A stretch of DNA of 46,041 nt from a virus. The position numbers and the translations under genes are program-made. The notes under the pieces are model-generated. The model did not search any database. It was given only the letters and a program-made list of their open reading frames with translations, and was not told the DNA's origin. This document shows, one piece after another, positions 38,460-46,041 of the stretch (position 1 is the stretch's first letter; every line of letters begins with the position of its first letter). The stretch lies in UHGV virus genome UHGV-0110765. One strand, 5' to 3'.

Positions 38460-38888
38460 TTAGTCTTCTTCTATCTCTACATTTATAACAACTTCGTTTG
38501 AAGTTTCTATCTTTTCTGTGAATAGTGCATACCTCTTACCTAAAAGTTCAGCACAAGCAATTCTATCTCTAGGTATGAATGGTCTAGAAGCATCTACAGC
38601 TTCATAGTCATTTCTCATAACTGCTGTTAAGAATTGCAATACTTCATCCTGACTAGCTATAAGACCATTGTCTTTAGATGCCATACGGTGTTGAAGATAA
38701 TTGATTATCCTCTCATCTCTTAACCATGACCATGCCATGCATCTAGCAGAATGTCTTTGTAGGTTAGGTTTAACAGCTAATATTGATTCAGTACCATTTA
38801 GCGTGATAAGGTATGTATCAGCGAATTCTCGCTCTTGTGGGTTAAGTCCAAATTCATCTCTTACTGCATTGTTACCAAGTTTAGCCAT
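38460..38888 (-). CDS. terS: terminase small subunit
   Basis: LNPQEREFADTY, EVLQFLT, RIACAELLGKRY; ATG 38888 with GGAGGT RBS. Confidence 0.9.
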   Translation of the reverse strand: MAKLGNNAVRDEFGLNPQEREFADTYLITLNGTESILAVKPNLQRHSARCMAWSWLRDERIINYLQHRMASKDNGLIASQDEVLQFLTAVMRNDYEAVDASRPFIPRDRIACAELLGKRYALFTEKIETSNEVVINVEIEED

Positions 38889-38936
38889 ATAACCACCTCC
38901 CATATATCGTATTAATCACTTCCACTCACCCTTATA

Positions 38937-38967
38937 GTGTGTCGTTTATATAAACTGTGTGTCGTTT
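38937..38967 (-). promoter_or_regulatory. direct repeats at the putative late promoter
   Basis: GTGTGTCGTTT at 38937-38947 and 38957-38967, adjacent to TATAAG on the minus strand. Confidence 0.55.
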
Positions 38968-39008
38968 TTATTAAAATAATTTTTTTTTTATTTTTTGCAT
39001 AAAAAGTG

Positions 39009-39037
39009 TTGACATGGAAATAATATTAAGTTATAAT
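39009..39037 (+). promoter_or_regulatory. consensus sigma-A promoter
   Basis: TTGACA-17bp-TATAAT. Confidence 0.85.
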
Positions 39038-39101
39038 ATAAATATATTAATAATATATTAAATAAATAATATATATATATATAAATATTATTAATAAATA
39101 A

Positions 39102-39141
39102 AGTAATACCGAAGGTATTACTAGCTATACGAAGTATAGCT
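39102..39141. other. twin triloop hairpin, copy 2
   Basis: AGTAATACC-GAA-GGTATTACT AGCTATAC-GAA-GTATAGCT. Confidence 0.85.
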
Positions 39142-39230
39142 CTAACTAAATAAAGAGTTTATATAATCATTTCCACTCAAACTTGATTATGTATCTCTTG
39201 AACTTTGATAATTGAATAGGGGGAATACAT

Positions 39231-39485
39231 ATGAAGAATCTATGGTACAAGACGAATCCTGTTGTCTGTTTAGATTACAATAAGGTTTACGAGAGCGTAT
39301 CTTTAGCTAGTAAACTAACAGGTTGTGCTAGAACTTCTATTGCTAAATGTTGTACAGGTGAACGTATCTCTTGTTACAACTTGCAAGGAAGAAAGCTCAA
39401 GTGGATGTATGCTAAAGATTATGCTGATAAGTATGGTTTAGATGCACTTCTAGAACTACATTCTACAAGTTCTGATTTTTATTAA
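39231..39485 (+). CDS. stand-alone NUMOD1-like HTH DNA-binding protein
   Basis: VYESVSLASKLTG...SIAKCC.G......KWMY pattern. Confidence 0.7.
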   Translation: MKNLWYKTNPVVCLDYNKVYESVSLASKLTGCARTSIAKCCTGERISCYNLQGRKLKWMYAKDYADKYGLDALLELHSTSSDFY

Positions 39486-39529
39486 AATTCATTTCTAAAA
39501 ATATAATACATTTCTTGGGGGAGAAACAT

Positions 39530-40069
39530 ATGATAAGATTAAAAATAACAGATGAACAAATCGAATATGCTACTTATTTAGTGAATAATTGTAACTATGG
39601 CAGAAGAGGTAAGTTTGATGGTGATAAGTCCAAGCAGTTAGTTGGAATGTTAGCACAAACGGTACTAGCTGATTATTTAAGACAACCAAGGCCTGATACA
39701 TCAGAAGGATTCGATGGAGGTTACGACTACATAATAAACAATAAAAAAGTTGACGTTAAGTGTATGGCTAGAAAAGGATATATGATAGGTAATTATGTCC
39801 ATAATCTAATAGCTTACCAAAAGAACTATGACGTTGACTACTACATATTTACTAGTTTAAATACTACTACAAATGAGTTAGAAGTTTGTGGAGTGATAAA
39901 TAAAGAAAAATTCTTTAGTATGGCTAGTTTATTTGAAAAAGGTACAGTTAGATATAAAGGTAAAACAGCATTTACTTTAGAAGCACCTACATATGAACTA
40001 AAGCAGTATAAATTATTTTTAGTAGGAAATGTTGATGATGTTGTTGACATACATACCAAAATAAGGTAA
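39530..40069 (+). CDS. putative PD-(D/E)XK nuclease-fold protein
   Basis: DGGYD...VDVK, DYYIF. Confidence 0.55.
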   Translation: MIRLKITDEQIEYATYLVNNCNYGRRGKFDGDKSKQLVGMLAQTVLADYLRQPRPDTSEGFDGGYDYIINNKKVDVKCMARKGYMIGNYVHNLIAYQKNYDVDYYIFTSLNTTTNELEVCGVINKEKFFSMASLFEKGTVRYKGKTAFTLEAPTYELKQYKLFLVGNVDDVVDIHTKIR

Positions 40070-40072
40070 TAT
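40043..40072 (+). promoter_or_regulatory. sigma-A promoter for the thyX block
   Basis: TTGACA-17bp-TAATAT. Confidence 0.7.
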
Positions 40073-40092
40073 ACATATTAAGGAGGTTATAT

Positions 40093-40218
40093 ATGACTGT
40101 ACAAGAACTAATACACTTATTAGAGCAAATAGAAGACAAAACAAAAGAAGTTAGAGATGGCGAGTATGGAGATTCAATAGAAGATATACTTGAATTTGAC
40201 ACTTGCGTATACATATAA
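40093..40218 (+). CDS. 41-aa hypothetical protein
   Basis: MTVQELIHLLEQI..., AGGAGG RBS. Confidence 0.65.
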   Translation: MTVQELIHLLEQIEDKTKEVRDGEYGDSIEDILEFDTCVYI

Positions 40219-40229
40219 GGAGGATTTAT

Positions 40230-40385
40230 ATGAAAGTGGAAGATAAATTCAAGATAATATGTTTAAGTTGTGGTAGTGAAGATGTATCTATTAGAGAAGA
40301 TATAGGCTACGACTATGACGAGTGTCCGTACATACATGGTTACTATTTAGAGTGTAACAGTTGCAAAGAACATAATTTATTTTAG
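40230..40385 (+). CDS. 51-aa zinc-ribbon protein
   Basis: CLSCGS...CNSC, AGGAGG RBS. Confidence 0.7.
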   Translation: MKVEDKFKIICLSCGSEDVSIREDIGYDYDECPYIHGYYLECNSCKEHNLF

Positions 40386-40396
40386 GAGGAACAGAT

Positions 40397-40546
40397 ATGC
40401 AAGTAGAATTAGATTTGGTAAAAGAACTTTTAATGGTATATGATTCTGTAAAACAAGGATATATAGAATCAAGTAATTTATCGGCTGATTTGAATTTAAA
40501 AGATGCAATGGCTAGATTAGAGGTATTAATAAATATATTAAATTAA
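40397..40546 (+). CDS. 49-aa hypothetical protein
   Basis: AGGAGG RBS. Confidence 0.6.
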   Translation: MQVELDLVKELLMVYDSVKQGYIESSNLSADLNLKDAMARLEVLINILN

Positions 40547-40561
40547 AGGGAGAGTAGTAGA

Positions 40562-41269
40562 ATGAAAGTAGAAATAATAAACAAAGAACAAGTAGAACAA
40601 TTAATGCCTATTTGGGGAGAAACAGCTTGTATATGTTATGATACACCTACAAAGTTTAAAAAGGGTGTAGCTAAAACTGTATTAAGTACAGGACATTTTA
40701 GTGGGTCTAGAGGACAGTACATATACTTTAAAATAGAAGATGTTCCAAGAAGTTTAGCAGACCAAATGGCTAGACATTCAGTAGGTACAGCAGTTAATAT
40801 GCAATCATTCAGATATGTTAAGATGGAAGACTTTACATATTATACACCATCTTTAATAGAGAAGTATCCTGAAGCTAAAGCTATATACGAGGATACAATG
40901 GAAGTTATTAAACATAACTACAATGAGATAGTGGGTATATTAAATGAAAAGGGTATAAAAGGTGAGAAAGCTAATCAATCAGCTAGAGGTATTCTTCCTA
41001 TGAACACTAACACAAAGCTAATAATGGCATTTACATTAGAAGCATTAATGAACTTTATGGAGAAAAGATTATGTGTTAGAGCAGAAGAACATATCCGTAA
41101 GTTAGCAAAGCTAATGAGAGATGAAGTGTTAGCTATAATACCTGAATTAGAGGATAAGTTAGTTCCAGCTTGTGAAGCTAAACTATGGTGTCCTGAAGGG
41201 AAGATGTGTTGTGGAAAGTATCCTACTAAAGACCAACTAAAAGAGATATTAAACAGCCACAAGAAATAA
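40562..41269 (+). CDS. thyX: flavin-dependent thymidylate synthase
   Basis: RSLADQMARH, QSFRY, ARGILP, KRLC.RAEEHIR. Confidence 0.93.
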   Translation: MKVEIINKEQVEQLMPIWGETACICYDTPTKFKKGVAKTVLSTGHFSGSRGQYIYFKIEDVPRSLADQMARHSVGTAVNMQSFRYVKMEDFTYYTPSLIEKYPEAKAIYEDTMEVIKHNYNEIVGILNEKGIKGEKANQSARGILPMNTNTKLIMAFTLEALMNFMEKRLCVRAEEHIRKLAKLMRDEVLAIIPELEDKLVPACEAKLWCPEGKMCCGKYPTKDQLKEILNSHKK

Positions 41270-41277
41270 AAGAGTTG

Positions 41278-41544
41278 ATGCAGAGAAGGATTAGACAGAT
41301 TCTAACTCATTCCTGCATCTACTATGAATATGATATGAATATAATTCCTGATTACGAGTATGATAGGATGGGGAGAGAGTTGGTCGAACTAATTAAGAAA
41401 TATCCACAATACTTAAAGGAGTTAGAATTTGGGATTGATTTTATAAAGTATGTTGATATGCCATCAGGGTTTAATTTGCCTTATAGGCATCCTGATATAA
41501 TGAGAAAGGCTCAACAGTTACTAAAGATTAGGGGGATGTTATAA
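41278..41544 (+). CDS. stand-alone NAD-dependent DNA ligase domain Ia-like protein
   Basis: HSCIYYEYD..IIPDYEYD matches the LigA N-terminal YY..D.P.ISD.EYD motif. Confidence 0.7.
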   Translation: MQRRIRQILTHSCIYYEYDMNIIPDYEYDRMGRELVELIKKYPQYLKELEFGIDFIKYVDMPSGFNLPYRHPDIMRKAQQLLKIRGML

Positions 41545-41708
41545 TGTTCGGATTACATAAAGGTACATGGAAATTACTGTCAGAGTTATTATTGATGTTA
41601 GCTATGACAATATTATTTATAGTAACAGTAGGATTATCTATAGCATTAGATTCGGCAGTAGGTGGATTCCTAGCGATAATCTTGTTCGTAATAATATGTA
41701 AATTATAA
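41544..41708 (+). CDS. 54-aa membrane protein
   Basis: TAATG coupling, two hydrophobic segments. Confidence 0.6.
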   Translation: MFGLHKGTWKLLSELLLMLAMTILFIVTVGLSIALDSAVGGFLAIILFVIICKL

Positions 41709-41728
41709 ATTTTTTTTTTTAATTTTTA

Positions 41729-41760
41729 TATTGACAGACAATTCCCTTCTATGGTAATAT
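41729..41760 (+). promoter_or_regulatory. promoter with conserved TATTGACAGACAATTCC element
   Basis: TTGACA-18bp-TAATAT with extended TG. Confidence 0.75.
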
Positions 41761-41785
41761 ATAACTGTAGAAAGGAAGGGTCGAT

Positions 41786-41956
41786 ATGAAAAAGACTAAA
41801 GCAATGTTATTAAAAGAGTTTAATAAAATACAAAAAGATTATTTAAAAGCTGTTAGAGAAGGTCGTGTAAAAGAAGCACAAGAGATATTTGATGCTAGAC
41901 TTGCTTTAAGGGAATCATTGAGGAAGGTGGATAAGAGTTATGACAAGAGAAGATAA
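41786..41956 (+). CDS. 56-aa basic protein
   Basis: MKKTKAMLLKEF..., AAGGAAGGG RBS. Confidence 0.6.
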   Translation: MKKTKAMLLKEFNKIQKDYLKAVREGRVKEAQEIFDARLALRESLRKVDKSYDKRR

Positions 41957-42107
41957 GTGGTATGTATTAGGATTAGTAGTATTAACTTGTGTGATGATGT
42001 TAGTTATGCAAGAGATTACTGCTAGAGATGTAGAGAAAAGATTACTAAATATAGAAGGTGGAATAAACACACAAAACTTTTTATTGGAGGAATTATTAAA
42101 TGATTAA
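41940..42107 (+). CDS. 55-aa membrane-anchored protein
   Basis: N-terminal hydrophobic helix, AAGGTGG RBS. Confidence 0.55.
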   Translation: MTREDKWYVLGLVVLTCVMMLVMQEITARDVEKRLLNIEGGINTQNFLLEELLND

Positions 42108-42201
42108 GTTTTTAATGTGGACTACACTAGCCTCTTGGATATTAAGTGGTCTATTTATATTAATAATGGTAAGATATTCTAAAAATAAAGGAGAATGGTA
42201 A
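42100..42201 (+). CDS. 33-aa membrane peptide
   Basis: GGAGG RBS, single hydrophobic helix. Confidence 0.55.
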   Translation: MIKFLMWTTLASWILSGLFILIMVRYSKNKGEW

Positions 42202-42202
42202 A

Positions 42203-42373
42203 ATGGGAAATAAGTTAGTAATTGGTATATTAATATTTGTATCAGCAATAGCAGCAACAACAATATATAAGCTACAAGCAGAGGTAATAACTCTAGAGGA
42301 GAAATTAGCTAATACAGAGAGTGCTAATGAAGTATTAGTAGAACAACTAAAACAAATAATTGGAGGAAGATAA
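42203..42373 (+). CDS. 56-aa membrane-anchored coiled-coil protein
   Basis: AAGGAG RBS. Confidence 0.6.
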   Translation: MGNKLVIGILIFVSAIAATTIYKLQAEVITLEEKLANTESANEVLVEQLKQIIGGR

Positions 42374-42374
42374 T

Positions 42375-42746
42375 ATGAATATAGTAGAAGCTATGGAGTA
42401 TGTTAAACAAGGTAAAGAGATTAGCCTATATGGTAAGGTTATTAAAATGAACAGTAACGGTAACCTAATGAGAACTTATTACAGAGATTTTAAAGTAAAA
42501 GCAGAAGAGATGTATACACCTTCTATGGAAGACATGTTATCTGATGATTGGGAACTAGTAACAACAGAGATACCTAATGGAGCAGTAATTAGAGTACATG
42601 AGACTGATTTAGTAGTACATGAAGGCTACAGAGGTAGAAGATACCTAATAGATACATACAATCATAAAGTAATATTTGAGTATGAGAATGAAGACCTTAT
42701 GCTAATAGATATAGATAGAAGAGGTGGAGAGTTAGTTTGGTGCTAA
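42375..42746 (+). CDS. DUF2829/Tad2-like domain protein with C-terminal extension
   Basis: MNIVEAMEYVKQGKEI ... YTPSMEDMLSDDWELV. Confidence 0.55.
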   Translation: MNIVEAMEYVKQGKEISLYGKVIKMNSNGNLMRTYYRDFKVKAEEMYTPSMEDMLSDDWELVTTEIPNGAVIRVHETDLVVHEGYRGRRYLIDTYNHKVIFEYENEDLMLIDIDRRGGELVWC

Positions 42747-42784
42747 CTAACAATTAATATTAGATACTAAAGGAGATAATAGAT

Positions 42785-43270
42785 ATGAAATTAATAGAAG
42801 CATTACAAAAATGGAACAAGGTTACTAATGATGGAGGAATGTCTTACTTTACCACTAATAGTGAAGGTACTATAGTATATCACAGAGAAGGGTGTGGAGG
42901 AGGTTTCCAGCCTACACTAGAGTTATTTAACAGTACAGGTTGGTTTGAGTATAGAGAGCCACTAATATTACCTAGAAGGGAAGAGGAAACGGAATATTAC
43001 TACATAGATGGGTATGATGAACTTGTGGTAGCTACCGATAATGATAGTTGGGCTGATGAGAGACATTTTGATTCTTATAATTACACACCAAACGTACAAC
43101 TAATTAAATACATTAAGGATAGACAATTTATCCAAAGAGTTTATATAGTATTAAATTACCTAAATAAAGATAATCCTGATAAAGAGATATTAATATCAGA
43201 GTATATCAATGATAACTATAAAGAGATTATAGATAGAATAAAAGTATATGAGTTAAGTAACAATTTATAG
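42785..43270 (+). CDS. hypothetical protein
   Basis: AAGGAG RBS. Confidence 0.75.
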   Translation: MKLIEALQKWNKVTNDGGMSYFTTNSEGTIVYHREGCGGGFQPTLELFNSTGWFEYREPLILPRREEETEYYYIDGYDELVVATDNDSWADERHFDSYNYTPNVQLIKYIKDRQFIQRVYIVLNYLNKDNPDKEILISEYINDNYKEIIDRIKVYELSNNL

Positions 43271-43282
43271 GAGGTATATAAT

Positions 43283-43459
43283 ATGTATAAAGTAAAGAAT
43301 ATAGCAATACAAAATGGGGAATTAATCCAAAGGATGGTTAAGGAGTGGATAGAATCAAGAAACCATATTTCAATAATAAGTGTAAACATATGGTGCAATG
43401 GGGAATCTAATAAACATTATGCAACTATAGTATACAGGGAGGTACAATACATTGGATAA
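43283..43459 (+). CDS. 58-aa hypothetical protein
   Basis: AGGAGGT RBS. Confidence 0.65.
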   Translation: MYKVKNIAIQNGELIQRMVKEWIESRNHISIISVNIWCNGESNKHYATIVYREVQYIG

Positions 43460-43619
43460 ATTAACTTGTGAGGATATAAAAGATTACATACTAGATGTAA
43501 GCGTAGATACAGAAAACTTAAGAGATTATGAAAAGGAATACTATAATGATATATTAGATGCAACCATAAAATATATACAAGGTAGGACTAGATATAGAAT
43601 GATACACAATAAGAGGTAG
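43452..43619 (+). CDS. 55-aa hypothetical protein (TTG start)
   Basis: GGGAGGT RBS, open to TAG 43619. Confidence 0.55.
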   Translation: MDKLTCEDIKDYILDVSVDTENLRDYEKEYYNDILDATIKYIQGRTRYRMIHNKR

Positions 43620-43642
43620 TCTAAATGACTATCTTTTTTTTT
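43612..43642 (+). terminator. rho-independent terminator
   Basis: AGAGGTAGTC-TAAAT-GACTATCTTT followed by T-tract. Confidence 0.85.
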
Positions 43643-43765
43643 GTATAGAAAATACTGACCGATTTAAAGCGATTTTAAGCCCCCTCAATTTCCCTAATAG
43701 ACCTATAATATACCTAATAATTGTATATAGCTTATAATCTCTTGTACTAATAATTAGGTATACTT

Positions 43766-43940
43766 AAGAGATATCAATATAAGAGATATACCATATAAAG
43801 AGATAATGTAATAAGATAGATACTCTATCATAATAAAAGAGATATCATATAAAGAGAAGCCCCCACATTATTAGCCCCCAATATAAGAGAAGAGAGTACC
43901 CCATCTTATTTTAAGCCCGTATAAAATTAGGAGTACCCCT
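43766..43940. repeat. dispersed short repeats (AAGAGATA, AGCCCC, GAGTACCCC)
   Basis: At least four AAGAGATA copies followed by poly-C-containing repeats. Confidence 0.7.
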
Positions 43941-43978
43941 TTCCAAATTAGTGTGCGAGTTATATTTTACACTCGAAG

Positions 43979-44254
43979 TGAGAATGGTTATCAAATAGAA
44001 GGAGCCCCCTTATTGAGAATGATTATCGCCCCTTATTGAGAATAGTTATCACTTGAAGCTGGTTATTATTTGTGTGTTTTATTATATGATAATTATTATT
44101 ATTTATTAATATATGTTATGTGATAATGTGTTGTAATTAATACTTGTGGATATGTGGATAACTTAAATGTTAATTTGTGGATATTTTTATTTTTATGTTT
44201 TATTATATGGTATTACACTATAGCCCCCTATGTATTAAATGATAATGATTATTA
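43979..44254. promoter_or_regulatory. cluster of five Fur-box-like palindromes and three DnaA boxes
   Basis: Fur-like at 43979, 44014, 44037, 44087, 44240; TGTGGATAW at 44145, 44153, 44176. Confidence 0.6.
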
Positions 44255-44280
44255 TTGTATATCTCTTTATATGATTAGAT

Positions 44281-44306
44281 AAAAAAAAGACGGTTGTCAG
44301 ACCGTC
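44281..44306 (-). terminator. terminator ending the early block
   Basis: Minus strand GACGGT-CTGACA-ACCGTC followed by T8. Confidence 0.85.
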
Positions 44307-44309
44307 GGG

Positions 44310-44594
44310 TTATATACTATACTCTATGTTCACCTTGTATTGAGTTGCGTTTGTAGTATTGTTTATTATATGTATATCTCTTATATGATGTAATATTATT
44401 GCTGTTGGGTCGTTGTTTACTTGTGCACGTATTACGCCATCTTCAGTCAATGTTATTTGTTGTATTCCCCATATACTTCCATTGTATATTGTTAATCCTT
44501 TTATTGTAGTATGTACTTCTATATATGCATACTCTGTAGTTGGTACTAGTGTTATCTCTTTATTTATATCTTTAGTTATTATTGTGTTATTCAT
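44310..44594 (-). CDS. hypothetical early protein
   Basis: AAGGAG RBS. Confidence 0.7.
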   Translation of the reverse strand: MNNTIITKDINKEITLVPTTEYAYIEVHTTIKGLTIYNGSIWGIQQITLTEDGVIRAQVNNDPTAIILHHIRDIHIINNTTNATQYKVNIEYSI

Positions 44595-44598
44595 TGGT

Positions 44599-44793
44599 TT
44601 ATATCTCCTTTATATCTCTTATTATATTGTGTATCTCTTCTGCTAATATCTCTTTTACCTCTTCAGGTATTGTATAAGTTGTTGATGTTATTGTAGTTTT
44701 AGTTGTTACCGTATCGCCATTAACTCGTTTAATCTCTTTAGTAGTTTCTTTTATATCTCTTTTGCTGGTGAACAATTCGAGTAGTTTATGCAT
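44599..44793 (-). CDS. hypothetical early protein
   Basis: ORF in operon with purine-rich RBS. Confidence 0.65.
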   Translation of the reverse strand: MHKLLELFTSKRDIKETTKEIKRVNGDTVTTKTTITSTTYTIPEEVKEILAEEIHNIIRDIKEI

Positions 44794-44811
44794 CTCTTTT
44801 ATATCCTTCCT

Positions 44812-45048
44812 TTAGTTATTTAACCATTTAGCACCAAATATGAACGTATCTAAATTATTATATTCTATTGGTGTACCATCTTCAAAAACTATGTAGTATT
44901 TGTCATGTATTGCATTGTACTTATATGTAGTATTGTACGCATCTTCTATAGTGTATATAGTGCCCGTTGTATACTCTAATATTTCACCAACTATAGTATC
45001 AATTCCTTGTGATTCTAATATTTTATTAAATAAGTTTAATATTTGCAT
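44812..45048 (-). CDS. hypothetical early protein
   Basis: AAGGAAGG RBS. Confidence 0.7.
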   Translation of the reverse strand: MQILNLFNKILESQGIDTIVGEILEYTTGTIYTIEDAYNTTYKYNAIHDKYYIVFEDGTPIEYNNLDTFIFGAKWLNN

Positions 45049-45121
45049 ATCTCTTAACCTTCCTTCATATACTGTAATATATTTGTTAGATGGGAGAACG
45101 TGTCCCTTGTATGTTTTTGAT

Positions 45122-45346
45122 TTATATCCATCGTATAAAGTCTATCTCAAGATTTTTATCAAGTCCTATTTTATACGAGTTATTTTCACATATACCTATA
45201 AAGTCCCAATATAAGTCATTTATAGTTCTTGGATTGTTTTTATACTTATTTGGATATAATTCAATAAGTGTATCACCTTCCATTGATTCAATATAATTTG
45301 CTATAGTATTAAATATTGTATTTTCCATCTTGTCCACTTCCTTCAT
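45122..45346 (-). CDS. hypothetical early protein
   Basis: ORF; start may be ATG of MENT behind AAGGAAG. Confidence 0.65.
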   Translation of the reverse strand: MKEVDKMENTIFNTIANYIESMEGDTLIELYPNKYKNNPRTINDLYWDFIGICENNSYKIGLDKNLEIDFIRWI

Positions 45347-45403
45347 ATAATTTAATATAGTTGTTACTTTAGTTTTACGAGGGACAAATGCCCCCTTATT
45401 TAA

Positions 45404-46003
45404 TTAGTTTGTTCTATATATATAATATCCGTTCTCTTCTATCTCTTTACTATCATAAGATGCTAGATAATGAGCTACACCATCCATATCTACACACCAT
45501 TTAGCAAGTGCATCGATATTAATTAAACCTTCTCTTATTAGTGTGTTTTGGAAGTGTTCTTCTCCGAATTGGAATTTATATTCTTCCATTTCTTGACCTT
45601 TTATTGAATCTTGTAAACTATTGAAGTAATTATCTCTTATTTCCTCTTCTGTTATTTCACCGTTTTCTAATTGTTCTAACTCTTCGACGTCTGCTATGTA
45701 TTGAATACTCTCTTCGTAGGCGATAGCTTCGTGTGATTCTTCCCAAAAGTCTACAAACCAGCTTTCGTCGATTAGTCCTTGAACTTCAGCTTCAAATATT
45801 AAGTTTTCAGTTAATCCACAATCTTCTATTATTTGTTTACATTGTTCTATAGCTTTATTTTCTGCATCTGTATAGTCATCAAATACTAAATACTCTCCTA
45901 AATCAGTGTCCACATACTCGTCGTATACTCTTATAGATTCTATGTCCTCTATTAATTCACACTTTACTAATACATTTGCTATTTCTTTTACGTTGTTCAT
46001 CAT
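45404..46003 (-). CDS. highly acidic early protein, possible DNA mimic / antirestriction protein
   Basis: About 52 D/E versus about 12 K/R in 199 aa by hand count; first gene of the early block. Confidence 0.55.
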   Translation of the reverse strand: MMNNVKEIANVLVKCELIEDIESIRVYDEYVDTDLGEYLVFDDYTDAENKAIEQCKQIIEDCGLTENLIFEAEVQGLIDESWFVDFWEESHEAIAYEESIQYIADVEELEQLENGEITEEEIRDNYFNSLQDSIKGQEMEEYKFQFGEEHFQNTLIREGLINIDALAKWCVDMDGVAHYLASYDSKEIEENGYYIYRTN

Positions 46004-46041
46004 TTTATTTTCCTCTTTTCTTTAGTTTATTTTATTTAGTT

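Noticed and set aside
1344..38892. Numerous plus-strand ORFs antisense to long genes (e.g. 1344, 8042, 15420, 27054, 28452, 34374)
   Set aside because: Shadow ORFs of well-supported minus-strand genes, lacking RBSs
39483..39498. Further TAAAA-N6-TTTTA site at the NUMOD1 gene stop
   Set aside because: Right arm has two mismatches; indistinguishable from AT-rich background
1..46041. Lysogeny module or attP
   Set aside because: No integrase, repressor pair or partition genes recognised; lifestyle left unresolved, probably lytic

Overview
An apparently complete or near-complete, low-GC (roughly 30% by eye) tailed siphovirus genome of an anaerobic Firmicute, probably Clostridia (sigma-A promoters, GGAGG/GGGGG RBSs, class III RNR, Amidase_3 lysin). 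The window looks circular: a leftward promoter at 55-83 points off the left end towards the ORF starting at 46003. Modules: replication and nucleotide metabolism (minus, 851-18828), lysis (19667-20579), tail, head and terminase (minus, 20871-38888, with tRNA-Ser and tRNA-Trp between terS and terL), a plus-strand accessory block (39231-43619) and a putative early block (44310-46003) bracketed by two long non-coding regions. I see no integrase, repressor, reverse transcriptase or CRISPR array. Most notable unexplained signals: (1) two arrays of tiny genes separated by a palindromic TAAAA-N6-TTTTA site, resembling integron cassettes, one bounded by a 28-bp direct repeat at the folD 3' end; (2) two covarying twin triloop hairpins 20 kb apart; (3) clustered Fur-like and DnaA boxes flanking the early block; (4) a tail chaperone with an apparently inverted frameshift; (5) two structured intergenic RNA candidates. 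All protein calls come from motif recognition; no searches were run.
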